Origin: a virus
Virus genome (UHGV): UHGV-0110138
Direction: 5' to 3' (one strand)
Length of the DNA stretch: 51,161 bases
Numbering within the stretch: position 1 is the stretch's first letter; each line of letters opens with the position of its first letter. Made by a program: the position numbers and the translations under genes. The notes under the pieces were generated by a model. It had not been told where the DNA came from and ran no database searches. It saw only the letters and a program-made list of their open reading frames with translations. Positions 1-9,045 of this stretch are shown here, in pieces.

Positions 1-81
1 ATCATGTCATATGATGCTTCTTCAGCAGTCAACCGGAATTGAACCGATGCCTTGTCTGTCAACCTGTTCTGCCAGCCTAAA

Positions 82-495
82 CTATCTTCTGCTAAGATAA
101 TCATACCACACTTTCTTTACTCTGTCTTCCATCTTCTTCTCTTTTGGAGATAGTCCTGTTGCCTTCTTAGGTCCATCATCTTCATTGTGATAATATCCAT
201 GATGTACATGAGGATCCATGCCGGCATGTACATGTCCAAAATTAATTTCTTTTACATGTTTATTTTTATTGTCGAAATACACAATTTTTATCAAATCATT
301 TCCTCCGACAAGTGCATACACTCTTCCCCTTGTCATTGTCTCTTGAAGACTTTCTCCATGCCTTGAGTTTGCTTCTACAAACTTTATGTTTCCAGATACA
401 AGGGGTTTTCCATTCGTGTCTATAATTGCATGAAATTGTGATCCATACTTATGGTGCTTATCGCTTATCCCACTAGAGCTACCTCTCCCTCCCAC
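82..495 (-). CDS. hypothetical protein, His-rich (HVHAGMDPHVHHGYYH), N-terminus MGGRGS; GTG start
   Basis: ORF of 137 aa. RBS AAGGTG lies 5 nt upstream of a GTG start. Shares the MGGRGS N-terminus with the upstream gene. Confidence 0.5.
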   Translation of the reverse strand: MGGRGSSSGISDKHHKYGSQFHAIIDTNGKPLVSGNIKFVEANSRHGESLQETMTRGRVYALVGGNDLIKIVYFDNKNKHVKEINFGHVHAGMDPHVHHGYYHNEDDGPKKATGLSPKEKKMEDRVKKVWYDYLSRR

Positions 496-530
496 GTATT
501 CACCTTCTCTTCTTTTCAGTATCTAACCAG

Positions 531-1028
531 TTACTTTTTCTTCCCACTTCCATAGAACCATGCTTCAAAGTTACTCATTCTTCTTTTTCTGGCTCTATCA
601 TAAGTAGTTGTTGTTCTGCTAGGATCGTGATATGCATCAGTGTTTCCTTTTTCAATTGGTTTCGAATACTCATGCATCTTATCTGAAATCTTGACACTTG
701 CAGATAGAATGTTCTTGTATTCTCTTGCGAGTTTTTGATTTTTGTACAATGCATCTGCGCTTCCAAGTTTTGCAATCTGCCTTTGTAACTCATTTAATCG
801 GTCAGTATAATAATGACTAACTCTTGTAGCTTCTTTCACTCCACCGATTTTATCAATGAAGTCGAGTTTTCCGCTCTGCGCAGCTCTTTCAAGTTTACTA
901 TCTTTCTTTACCGTTCCACTTCCTCGCAAAGCATCACTTTTCTTTGATGCATTGTAAAATATTTTTGCTCCCATTTTGGAGACTGGTTCGCCCCCCCCAA
1001 TGGCACTTATGCTTCCTCTACCGCCCAT
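531..1028 (-). CDS. hypothetical protein, N-terminus MGGRGS, contains G8 homopolymer near start
   Basis: ORF of 165 aa. A G8 tract on the coding strand (plus C8 at 991-998) encodes IGGGE. Overlaps the upstream gene by 11 nt. Confidence 0.5.
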   Translation of the reverse strand: MGGRGSISAIGGGEPVSKMGAKIFYNASKKSDALRGSGTVKKDSKLERAAQSGKLDFIDKIGGVKEATRVSHYYTDRLNELQRQIAKLGSADALYKNQKLAREYKNILSASVKISDKMHEYSKPIEKGNTDAYHDPSRTTTTYDRARKRRMSNFEAWFYGSGKKK

Positions 1029-1668
1029 TTTTCTTCCTTTCCGTCAGTGATTCTCCAAACGATTTAATCTTTACTATGTTGCCCTGACACTCATCCGGTA
1101 TCATTCCGTAAAAGATGATTGTTTCCGGCTGAAGCCTTGACATCATTTCATTGTATCCCTCAAGAAACAATTTCTTTCTCTCTTTGCTGTTCATTACACC
1201 AACACTGGATACTGCAACAGCTCCACCAACCGGTTCACCGTCAAAGCACCAGGAGAATGATTCCTTATCACTCCAACTGATTGTAGGTATCACATCAATC
1301 CCGTTCATCTGCATATAAGCACCAATCCAGTGCTTTCTAAAATGGTTATACAACTGTAATGCTTTAGGGAAATCTGTATACGTGCTAAAGTCCGGACTCA
1401 TTACACACTTGAAGTCCTGTAACATGTTGATGTAAGTATCTGGCTGCGTCCATAATCTGTTAAACTGGTAATCGTCAATAAAGAAATGGATTCCATGATC
1501 TGCTCTATCCTTACAGCTTTTCGCATAGTTGAATGATAGGAATTCGCATGGATTGTATGATGTAGGTTCTATCTGTGGGATTCCATATTCGCCAACACCA
1601 TCAAACAGCATCTTCTGTTGATTCTCGTAGTTCTGTGTACTTCTATACATAGAAAAATCCTCACACAT
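1018..1668 (-). CDS. hypothetical phage protein
   Basis: ORF of 216 aa with protein-like composition; no family confidently recognised. Confidence 0.5.
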   Translation of the reverse strand: MCEDFSMYRSTQNYENQQKMLFDGVGEYGIPQIEPTSYNPCEFLSFNYAKSCKDRADHGIHFFIDDYQFNRLWTQPDTYINMLQDFKCVMSPDFSTYTDFPKALQLYNHFRKHWIGAYMQMNGIDVIPTISWSDKESFSWCFDGEPVGGAVAVSSVGVMNSKERKKLFLEGYNEMMSRLQPETIIFYGMIPDECQGNIVKIKSFGESLTERKKNGR

Positions 1669-1722
1669 TCTATAGTCTATATGACTATTGTAACTGTGTG
1701 AGGATTTTGTGTTGTACCCATC

Positions 1723-2469
1723 TTACAAATTAATATCTTCTTGTTCCATGTTCCAATCTTTAAGTTCTATACATAACTTATACGGACCACCATCTTTGAT
1801 TGCCAATACCTCATTCATAATAAGTTGATATGTATACCTGTTCCCATATAAGTCCTGAAATCTCAATTCTGCTTTTTTCTCCCCTACATAACGCTTCGCT
1901 GCAATGCTCTCATCTTCTACATTTATTCCAGACGCAATGTCAATAAATTCATAATCCCCCTCTTCTATCGCTTCACTTATAATCCAGCCACGTTTTTTTC
2001 CTTCTATATTCATCTTAACTTTTAATGCCGGCCCTCGTCCAATATTTTTTATTTGCAACACATAATCGTTGTCTGAATAAACCTTTTCATGTTCTAACAA
2101 TATTAAATTGCATCCTTTTTTCGCTGCATCTTCACTATTTTCAAATTCTGTTTTGTGAACTTTTTTAATAACAAAATAGGGTTTTACTGCTTCGCGTCTG
2201 TTGAGTTCAACCTGATCTTTCAATTCTTGTTTCTGAATCTCATAATCTTTTCTATCTTTTTCTTGCTGTAATTGAAATGTCCATTTAACTCCAAGTACAG
2301 TTGCTACTGCTCCCATCCCACTGCCTATATAACTTCCAAAAAATCCCAACCAGCTTGCTTTATTGATTGCGCTCGGGAAACCATTTTCAGCTACAAGCCA
2401 AGATACAATCAATCCTACAATAAATATCAATCCTATTATGCATGGCATCAACCAATTTTTCTTTTTCAT
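1723..2469 (-). CDS. membrane-anchored protein (two N-terminal TM helices plus soluble C-terminal domain)
   Basis: N-terminus MKKKNWLMPCIIGLIFIVGLIVSWLV and a second hydrophobic helix, followed by a roughly 180-aa soluble domain. Confidence 0.6.
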   Translation of the reverse strand: MKKKNWLMPCIIGLIFIVGLIVSWLVAENGFPSAINKASWLGFFGSYIGSGMGAVATVLGVKWTFQLQQEKDRKDYEIQKQELKDQVELNRREAVKPYFVIKKVHKTEFENSEDAAKKGCNLILLEHEKVYSDNDYVLQIKNIGRGPALKVKMNIEGKKRGWIISEAIEEGDYEFIDIASGINVEDESIAAKRYVGEKKAELRFQDLYGNRYTYQLIMNEVLAIKDGGPYKLCIELKDWNMEQEDINL

Positions 2470-2578
2470 AATCGCTTACAATATAAGCATGATGTAACAT
2501 TACGTAATGATACACCATGCTTTTCCTCCTTAGATTTATTATACTAATATAAAAGTAATTTGTAACTTTTTCAACTAT

Positions 2579-2935
2579 TTACAATATACTTCTTCCAAGT
2601 AATGTCATTAATCTGTTGTACTCTTCAATCACCTTTCGTCTGTATCCCTGAAAGTCTTTCCTCTGCATTGGGATGTATTCCCTCTTACAGATATTATCGT
2701 ATCCAAGTCCTGTTGTCAGATTGATGAAGAGGAAATTTGCTATCTCCGGCTTTACGTTCTGGCAGCTTTGAAGAAGAAGGACTTGCTCATATCCAGTGGC
2801 TTTCCGGCAGTAGTCAATAATCTTCTTTCCCTGTTCATGAGTGATTCCGTAATCACTCAGATAAGTTTCTCTTACGCTCAATGGTATCCACCTCCCACGC
2901 ATGCTTTTATATCTATCCCAACTCTTGTCAGTCAT
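2579..2935 (-). CDS. hypothetical protein
   Basis: ORF of 118 aa, sits within the minus-strand early operon. Confidence 0.45.
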   Translation of the reverse strand: MTDKSWDRYKSMRGRWIPLSVRETYLSDYGITHEQGKKIIDYCRKATGYEQVLLLQSCQNVKPEIANFLFINLTTGLGYDNICKREYIPMQRKDFQGYRRKVIEEYNRLMTLLGRSIL

Positions 2936-3201
2936 TCATTCGGATCTTCTTGCAAATAATCACCTTGTATCCTTATCAGCTTCCTTGCCTGATATGCCGG
3001 ACGGTTAAACTCTTCGCTTGCTTTCTTGTCTACCGGTCTTTCTGCCATTCCACCATAATGCTGTTGCAGATTCGCCTTGATCTCTGCCGGGCATCTTCTT
3101 GTCTCTGTACTTCTTTTCACTGTTCATCACTCCAATCCAATCTCTGACCGCAACCGCTACAATATTTTCCATAAGGCTTGTCTATTCCTCTAACTGAAAC
3201 C

Positions 3202-3405
3202 CTATCCTAATCTTCTCCACTTACAATGTCTTGTGTACATCCAAATCACTTGTCCTCTTTCTTCGTGGACAACTAAAATATCACCTATATGTCTCTTTCT
3301 CCGTCTTCTGTTGCTCCATGCGCATTCCGGGAAATTATCTTTCCTCGGTCTGTATCTTCCGAAAGCTCCATGATGCCACACGTTAATTTTTCTATCATCC
3401 ACCAT
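3202..3405 (-). CDS. small basic Cys/His-containing protein
   Basis: ORF of 67 aa, in frame 3 codons after the YopX-like ORF, with its own RBS (AGGAGAAG). Confidence 0.4.
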   Translation of the reverse strand: MVDDRKINVWHHGAFGRYRPRKDNFPECAWSNRRRRKRHIGDILVVHEERGQVIWMYTRHCKWRRLG

Positions 3406-3414
3406 AATCTTCTC

Positions 3415-3684
3415 CTAAAACCAAGCCCAAAGAAACGCAAGCGCAATCACAATTGCATGAAAGCATTTCCATAATGCCCACGCAAGTTCACTTTTTCCGT
3501 TCTTGTCGGTTAATCCTGTATACTGGCAGATTGTATTTTCATTAACCGGAAATTCACCCTCAAGGCTTTTATCATTGATATAATTCTCGTCACTAAGGTA
3601 GCCATGCACCCATGTTCCATTAAGATACTCGTTACTATCCATTGCATGGATATGTTTCCCTCTAAAAAGTATTTCTCTACTCAT
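3415..3684 (-). CDS. YopX-like domain protein (short, divergent C-terminus)
   Basis: N-terminal MSREILFRGK...NGTWVHGYL...ICQYTGLTDKNGK resembles the conserved YopX family motif. C-terminus is hydrophobic and atypical for the family. Confidence 0.5.
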   Translation of the reverse strand: MSREILFRGKHIHAMDSNEYLNGTWVHGYLSDENYINDKSLEGEFPVNENTICQYTGLTDKNGKSELAWALWKCFHAIVIALAFLWAWF

Positions 3685-4156
3685 ATTCCTCGACTACCTC
3701 CAGTTTTTTCAGATCCTCGATAAGCCACGGTTCGAAATCTGACCATTTGATCATTGGGAAATCCAACTTAAAGAATTTTAAGCTTTTGTCTGATTCACAC
3801 CCACTACTTTCCCAACAGTCAATAAGTTTATGTGGCTTGCTGATATAAATGAATAAACCACCATCCATATCCCTAGTTATATAATTTATTTTTGTGTCAA
3901 GATACTCCAAAAACGCTCTGTCTTTCTTGCTGATTACCGTCCTTTTGATGTATTCGGATTCTGCCCATTTTTTTAATGCTCCACAACACGTGTCATCATT
4001 ATATATGCCACCTTTATACAACGCACAGCAATCACATTTGATAATATTGCAATTGATTGGATTCCCGGTAGCTTTAGATACTGCAATATTAGGTTCATTA
4101 CACGCAAGCTCCGCAAGCTCTTTTGCATATTTTTCTCTATTCTTCATCTCTTCCAC
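3677..4156 (-). CDS. hypothetical Cys-rich protein
   Basis: ORF of 159 aa with several CxxC-like clusters (CDCCALYKGG...DDTCCG). Confidence 0.5.
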   Translation of the reverse strand: MEEMKNREKYAKELAELACNEPNIAVSKATGNPINCNIIKCDCCALYKGGIYNDDTCCGALKKWAESEYIKRTVISKKDRAFLEYLDTKINYITRDMDGGLFIYISKPHKLIDCWESSGCESDKSLKFFKLDFPMIKWSDFEPWLIEDLKKLEVVEEYE

Positions 4157-4436
4157 CTCGTTTTACAATTTCGATAGCGCACGCCATTCCTCTTGCATAC
4201 CCTTTTGCTTCATCAAATTGCAGCATATTTTCTACTGTACATCTACGCTTTTCTTCATCAGCAAGTTCTAGCTCTTTGTTTAGTTGCTCCACAACCTTTT
4301 CCACATCGTAAGCTGTCGGCGCATGATTCAGCATATTAACTACATCCAACTCCGAAAAAGCAAGTTCTCCCGGATGCCGTAAACGTCCAGCATCTATAAA
4401 TTCTATCAACGCATCTGCATCAATTAGTCTGCTCAT
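4137..4436 (-). CDS. hypothetical phage protein (MSRLIDADAL...)
   Basis: ORF of 99 aa. Confidence 0.5.
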   Translation of the reverse strand: MSRLIDADALIEFIDAGRLRHPGELAFSELDVVNMLNHAPTAYDVEKVVEQLNKELELADEEKRRCTVENMLQFDEAKGYARGMACAIEIVKRGGRDEE

Positions 4437-4712
4437 TTATGGACACCTACTTTCCAACATATCTGCTTTAATTAATTCATACACCACATCTAATGCCGTT
4501 CTCATATCTCTGTATTTACAATTAGCTTTTTTATGTATTCTTGGGTCATTTTCATCCCAATCGTTTATGCAAAAGCACACATCACTGACAAATAGCATTT
4601 TTGAACCTCTTGCAATACAAAGATAGTAGCACTCTGATTCTTTCGGAATTCCTTTGCATCTTTTGAATCCGAACTTCTTGAACTCACTGGCTTTTACTTT
4701 TGGTACTAGCAT
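4437..4712 (-). CDS. small conserved phage protein, paralogue of 5512-5790
   Basis: 91 aa. Shares VKASEFxxFGFKxCxGxPK..YYLC..G..xFV...W..D.RIHK..NCK..D.RTA with the 92-aa product of 5512-5790. Confidence 0.55.
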   Translation of the reverse strand: MLVPKVKASEFKKFGFKRCKGIPKESECYYLCIARGSKMLFVSDVCFCINDWDENDPRIHKKANCKYRDMRTALDVVYELIKADMLESRCP

Positions 4713-5055
4713 CTATCTCACTCCAATCAAATTTACAACCACATTCGCCACAATAGTTGCTTCTGCTCTCTGCATCCGACATTACCTGTTTGCCGCACAA
4801 TGGACATTCGTAGTCGATATCTCCGTTCAGTGTGTCTAAAATAATCGGCTTTACTGGAATGTGCTTCTGACTTTGTAGCGCAATAGCAATTTTCGCAAGT
4901 TCGATAGCATCAAGCCATTCTCCACATTTTTCTTTTTCCTCAAACTCCGCTAACTTCTCCATAGCTTCTGACAGCTTGTTCTTGTCTTTAATCACTGCTT
5001 TACCGCAGTGGTATGTTGTTAATCTCTCTGACATAATTACTCCTCTTTTTTTCAT
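4684..5055 (-). CDS. zinc-ribbon protein
   Basis: C-terminal CPLCGKQ...YCGECGCK; 123 aa. Confidence 0.5.
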   Translation of the reverse strand: MKKRGVIMSERLTTYHCGKAVIKDKNKLSEAMEKLAEFEEKEKCGEWLDAIELAKIAIALQSQKHIPVKPIILDTLNGDIDYECPLCGKQVMSDAESRSNYCGECGCKFDWSEIDASTKSKSQ

Positions 5056-5557
5056 AAGGTGGCTCTGGCAACTGCATCCAGTACAGTGCTTTCTCGTAAT
5101 TCAATTCTTCCAATGTGTTAAATTCTGTATCGACATATCCTAAGCTGACCGGATCAAAAATCTCTCTGTAATACCCAAAACCATAATATGGATCACACTG
5201 GCAAAACATTGGAACATCTTCGATATGGTTTTCGACCAATACCATGTAATATCTATAGTCATCATCTGTTGGAAGTCCTTCGCTTACTGGAATCCACTTT
5301 CCATATTCTTCTTTCTTGTTTCCTGTCAGCAAATACTCCGCACTTACGCCTAGTACCTCTGCCATCTTGTAGAGAACCATCGTTCTAGGTTTTCTTGCAT
5401 TGTTCACATATCTTGATATTGACACTTCTGATACACCGATTGTATATGCAAGCTCTTTCTGAGTCATATCCTTGGCTTTCAGTAGCTCAAATAATCTGCA
5501 TCCTAGTGTTTTCATTCTCTCACCTCTTCCAACAAGCCATTCACAACCAATTCGCAC
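5000..5557 (-). CDS. XRE-family HTH fused to DUF551 domain (likely true start at MKTLG, about 5515)
   Basis: HTH: MTQKELAYTIGVSEVSISRYVNNARKPRTMVLYKMAEVLGVSAEYLLTG. DUF551-like: KWIPVSEGLP...WMQLPEPP. Confidence 0.65.
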   Translation of the reverse strand: MRIGCEWLVGRGERMKTLGCRLFELLKAKDMTQKELAYTIGVSEVSISRYVNNARKPRTMVLYKMAEVLGVSAEYLLTGNKKEEYGKWIPVSEGLPTDDDYRYYMVLVENHIEDVPMFCQCDPYYGFGYYREIFDPVSLGYVDTEFNTLEELNYEKALYWMQLPEPPYEKKRSNYVREINNIPLR

Positions 5558-5790
5558 TCAATCTCGGTTGCTGTTCGCTTGTCGCTGAATTTACAGTTTG
5601 GATTCTTGTGGATCCTTGCATCTTTGATCGGCCACTCAGTTTCAGTAAAATGCTTACTGTCCACAAACATCACTCTGTGTCCGTTCTTCACGCAGAGATA
5701 GTAACTCTCTGCGCTTTTCGGAAGTCCTCGGCAAGGCTTGAATCCGAATCTCACAAACTCACTTGCCTTTACTACTGGTTTTAGTTTCAT
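5512..5790 (-). CDS. small conserved phage protein, paralogue of 4437-4712
   Basis: 92 aa with the same conserved motif set as 4437-4712. Confidence 0.55.
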   Translation of the reverse strand: MKLKPVVKASEFVRFGFKPCRGLPKSAESYYLCVKNGHRVMFVDSKHFTETEWPIKDARIHKNPNCKFSDKRTATEIECELVVNGLLEEVRE

Positions 5791-6184
5791 TTCTATTCCC
5801 TCTTTCTTCTTGCCATGACCATGTGCTTTCCACTTTTCTGCAATTCACCATAAATCGAATCACATATTGCTGATATCCCAATGTTTCTCGACAGACTCTC
5901 AAAATAAATTGTATCCGTCTTTTCCCATGTCCTTGTCGTATGCCGAAAACAAATGCTTTCCGCATACCGGGCAATAATAGCTGTTAAGATACCCCAGTTG
6001 CCCCGGCAATGTTGGGTATTCGCTTTTCTGGTACTTTGGTTTTCTTGCTTTCCTTGCTGCCACGCTTTATCCCTCCGTTGCTGCCTTTATCAATCTTTGC
6101 TGTATTGTTTCAAAATCCCACCATATCGAAAAGGCTTATCTTCCAGTGTATTCTTCCCTTTCATGTGATTTCTCCTTTTCTTCA

Positions 6185-6613
6185 TCAGTCCTCATAATTC
6201 ATTACAATTGTAATTACTTTTACCAGTACTTTCTGAAGCTGGTCATAAATGTGATGATCGTCACTGCCGAAGTGAGAATACAGCTTTGCATCTTTATTTC
6301 CTCTGTCATAGCATTCGCTCATGAATTCAAAACAGTACACATCATCTTCCTGTATAATTTCTCCGTTTTCTCTCCACTCATAAAGGATACGTCCCTCGAC
6401 CATTTCATTTACGGCATCTTCAGAATCTTTGCCATTATTCAGATACCATACACAACGATCAATATATCCAAGCTTGTCGCAATACCTATATTTTTTTGCG
6501 GTTTCCTCTGTATAATCTCTGAAAGATTCTTTTATCTGCTCTTCAAAATCTTCCGGCAGATTAAAAATATCCACTTCAATTCCTCTTGGTAGTTTAACTA
6601 CATACTTTCTCAT
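6185..6613 (-). CDS. hypothetical protein
   Basis: ORF of 142 aa. Confidence 0.45.
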   Translation of the reverse strand: MRKYVVKLPRGIEVDIFNLPEDFEEQIKESFRDYTEETAKKYRYCDKLGYIDRCVWYLNNGKDSEDAVNEMVEGRILYEWRENGEIIQEDDVYCFEFMSECYDRGNKDAKLYSHFGSDDHHIYDQLQKVLVKVITIVMNYED

Positions 6614-6637
6614 AATTCGTTACTCTCCCTCATACAT

Positions 6638-7360
6638 CTATTCGGTTTTATCTTCAAGTGCCATCTCACTAAACCTCTTCAAAACATCAGGAATATTCAT
6701 TCTCTCAATTGTTTCTTTCGCAAGATTCTCTTTCAACTTCTGTTCCAGTGACTTCACAAGACTTTCTTCCACTTCTCTTTTTGCAGTAGCAATCATATTT
6801 TCTACTTTTGCACCAAGTTCTTTTTCAAGATATTGCCTTGTGAGTAGTTCAGCCATAGATAATTCTCGCTCACTCGAATAGGTGGTAGTATTTCCGTATT
6901 TGTCATACCTTTTTTCCTTAGAAAATGCTTCAAATCTCTTTCCAACATATTCAGACAATGGAATGTATTTTACATCACTACTCCATGAACCTGTTCTTGT
7001 CGGCATCATGATATTTGCAATCTTTTCTTCTGATACGGTCTTAACAAATTTGTCTACAGTATCTTGAATCGTTCCTTCTGCTTCGAGAATCTTATCTGCA
7101 ATAGCTTTATCCACTCTCTGTACAGCTTCATCTGTTGCTTTCCTAAGAAGTGCATCCTTGACACCTCTTACAACCTGTTCTTTGATTTCTTCATCAATAG
7201 TGTATCCGTTTTCCTCGTCTACCCAGTCCAGTTCCACTTCAATAATAAATTTAGCCATTATGTTTCGTTCCTTTCTCCTTAAAAATGCGTAAAAAAATAC
7301 CAACCACCGATATTGATGGTTGGTAAGAGCAATTTTAATCTTTTTGAATTCCAGTTCCAT
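6638..7360 (-). CDS. hypothetical phage protein (true start probably the internal MAKFIIEVEL)
   Basis: 240-aa ORF; the N-terminal extension looks non-native. Confidence 0.5.
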   Translation of the reverse strand: MELEFKKIKIALTNHQYRWLVFFYAFLRRKERNIMAKFIIEVELDWVDEENGYTIDEEIKEQVVRGVKDALLRKATDEAVQRVDKAIADKILEAEGTIQDTVDKFVKTVSEEKIANIMMPTRTGSWSSDVKYIPLSEYVGKRFEAFSKEKRYDKYGNTTTYSSERELSMAELLTRQYLEKELGAKVENMIATAKREVEESLVKSLEQKLKENLAKETIERMNIPDVLKRFSEMALEDKTE

Positions 7361-7535
7361 TGCAATGCTTGCATTTTACCAAGTCGTATCCAACTTCCTC
7401 GAGAGCTCTTTTTCTACATTCTCCCATTGATAACGTTCCCGGAGCATCATACCTGTCAAATATTTCTGAATATTTTTCTTCATCTCTAGGTTTTTTGAAT
7501 TTCCCGGTTCCTTCACACCAAAAGCAAGTTCTCAT
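7335..7535 (-). CDS. small zinc-finger protein (CxxGxG...CxxC)
   Basis: 66 aa: CFWCEGTGK...CKHCNGTG. Confidence 0.45.
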   Translation of the reverse strand: MRTCFWCEGTGKFKKPRDEEKYSEIFDRYDAPGTLSMGECRKRALEEVGYDLVKCKHCNGTGIQKD

Positions 7536-7615
7536 ATCGATATCCTCCTCCGTCTATTTGATACGAAGATTATACCACTCCAACCATCAATATTCAATTG
7601 TCAAGGTACTGTTAT

Positions 7616-8983
7616 TTAAGCAAATCTTAATTGTTCCTGTGTATCATCAATGCTCATGTTCGGCATTCTCTCACCGACTTTCAGATACGAACAATTCGCT
7701 TCTACAAGTTTCTGCGCCATTATCGGCACTACACTGTTTCCAATTCTCGCTACTTGTTTCGCAATCGGGTAATTCTTCCAGTTATAGTCCCTGTTAATGA
7801 TGTAATCCTTTGGAAATCCTTGCATCAGTTTTAATTCTTCTGGTTTCAGCATCCGAAGAAAAATGTCTGATATGATGTATTTCTCGCCCTTGATATCCAG
7901 GATTACATTCACCAGTCCAAAACGGTCTTTCGTTGTGATCGTATCAAGCGGTCTATTCAGTGTTTGTCCGCACCCACCGCCGTAATACTTAATCAGAAAT
8001 GCTGATACCAAACCGAAGTGACCCGGAGATGTCGTAATTGTATGTAATGGTTCATCACGCCCCTGTCCAATCCCCGTCTTGTAATATTTCGTGATAAATG
8101 CTGTCACAAGTCCGTATCTATTCGATGTATCAATCGTCTTGATCGGTTCTGTCAAAAGCTGTCCTCTTGAATCACCGGCTCTTGTCTCTCCGTGATATTG
8201 AATGATGTATGCCAGTGCATCTTTGTTTTTCACGATATACGGAGATTCTGCATCGATGATGTATTTCTTGATACCGTTTGCAATTCTCTTCTGTGTAGCT
8301 TCTGCAAGTGGTTTCTTCCGCTCAAATATCGAACTTCCAAGGTCTGACCAGTCAATGTAATCTCCACAAGGTTTCCACTTCTCAAATCCGATGCCGTCTG
8401 CACTGTGAGTCTGCTTTGGGAATCTGATTTCCCGTCCATCTCTACGGAATATCGCATACCATCTCTTTCTTGTGGTCGGTGCTCCGTAATCTGCAGCTAC
8501 CAGCTCTCTACTACCAAAACGGTACCCGAGGCTCTTCATTGCTGTAATGAATTTTTTATAATCCTCACCTTTTTTCTCCGGTATCGGATAACCTTTTTCG
8601 TCCAACGGACCCCACTGTTGTATTTCTTCTACGTTCTCCATAAGAATTACATCCGGCAGAATTGCTTTTGCGTGCTTATATACCGCCCACGGAAGTATCC
8701 TCAAGCCTTTCTCTCTTGGCTTACCGCCCTTTGCCTTGGAATGACTTGTACAATCTGGGCTCGCCCACATAAGAGCCACATGCTGTCCTTTTATATACTT
8801 CTTCAAGTTAACCTTGAAAATATCCTCCGTCAGATGAAGTGTGTCCTGATGGTTCGTCTTATGCATCAATATGGCATCTGGATCGTGGTTGATTGCTATG
8901 TCTACCGGTCTACCGAGTGCCATCTCAATTCCTACGGATGCACCCCCGCCACCGGCAAAGGCGTCTATAATTAAATCTTTCAT
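7616..8983 (-). CDS. DNA (cytosine-5)-methyltransferase-like, phage multispecific type
   Basis: Motif I FAGGGGASVG, ENV motif (LMENVEE) and C-terminal GNSV motif (RIGNSVVPIM) are present. Three tandem TRD-like repeats (P..TI.T...GLV.AF..KYY). Motif IV reads SPDCTSHS instead of the canonical PCQ. Confidence 0.8.
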   Translation of the reverse strand: MKDLIIDAFAGGGGASVGIEMALGRPVDIAINHDPDAILMHKTNHQDTLHLTEDIFKVNLKKYIKGQHVALMWASPDCTSHSKAKGGKPREKGLRILPWAVYKHAKAILPDVILMENVEEIQQWGPLDEKGYPIPEKKGEDYKKFITAMKSLGYRFGSRELVAADYGAPTTRKRWYAIFRRDGREIRFPKQTHSADGIGFEKWKPCGDYIDWSDLGSSIFERKKPLAEATQKRIANGIKKYIIDAESPYIVKNKDALAYIIQYHGETRAGDSRGQLLTEPIKTIDTSNRYGLVTAFITKYYKTGIGQGRDEPLHTITTSPGHFGLVSAFLIKYYGGGCGQTLNRPLDTITTKDRFGLVNVILDIKGEKYIISDIFLRMLKPEELKLMQGFPKDYIINRDYNWKNYPIAKQVARIGNSVVPIMAQKLVEANCSYLKVGERMPNMSIDDTQEQLRFA

Positions 8984-9045
8984 ATCTTCGAAAGGAGCCG
9001 ATATATCTTTGCCCGGCCGGAGCTCCGTACTCCTTTCTGTTTGCT

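Noticed and set aside
2272-2547. Plus-strand ORFs antisense to minus-strand genes (for example 2272-2547, 5395-5784, 8405-8974, 11211-11576, 36432-37091, 41462-42076)
   Set aside because: They lie wholly within longer, well-supported minus-strand genes. They have Ser/Leu/Cys-rich low-complexity composition typical of antisense frames and no RBS.
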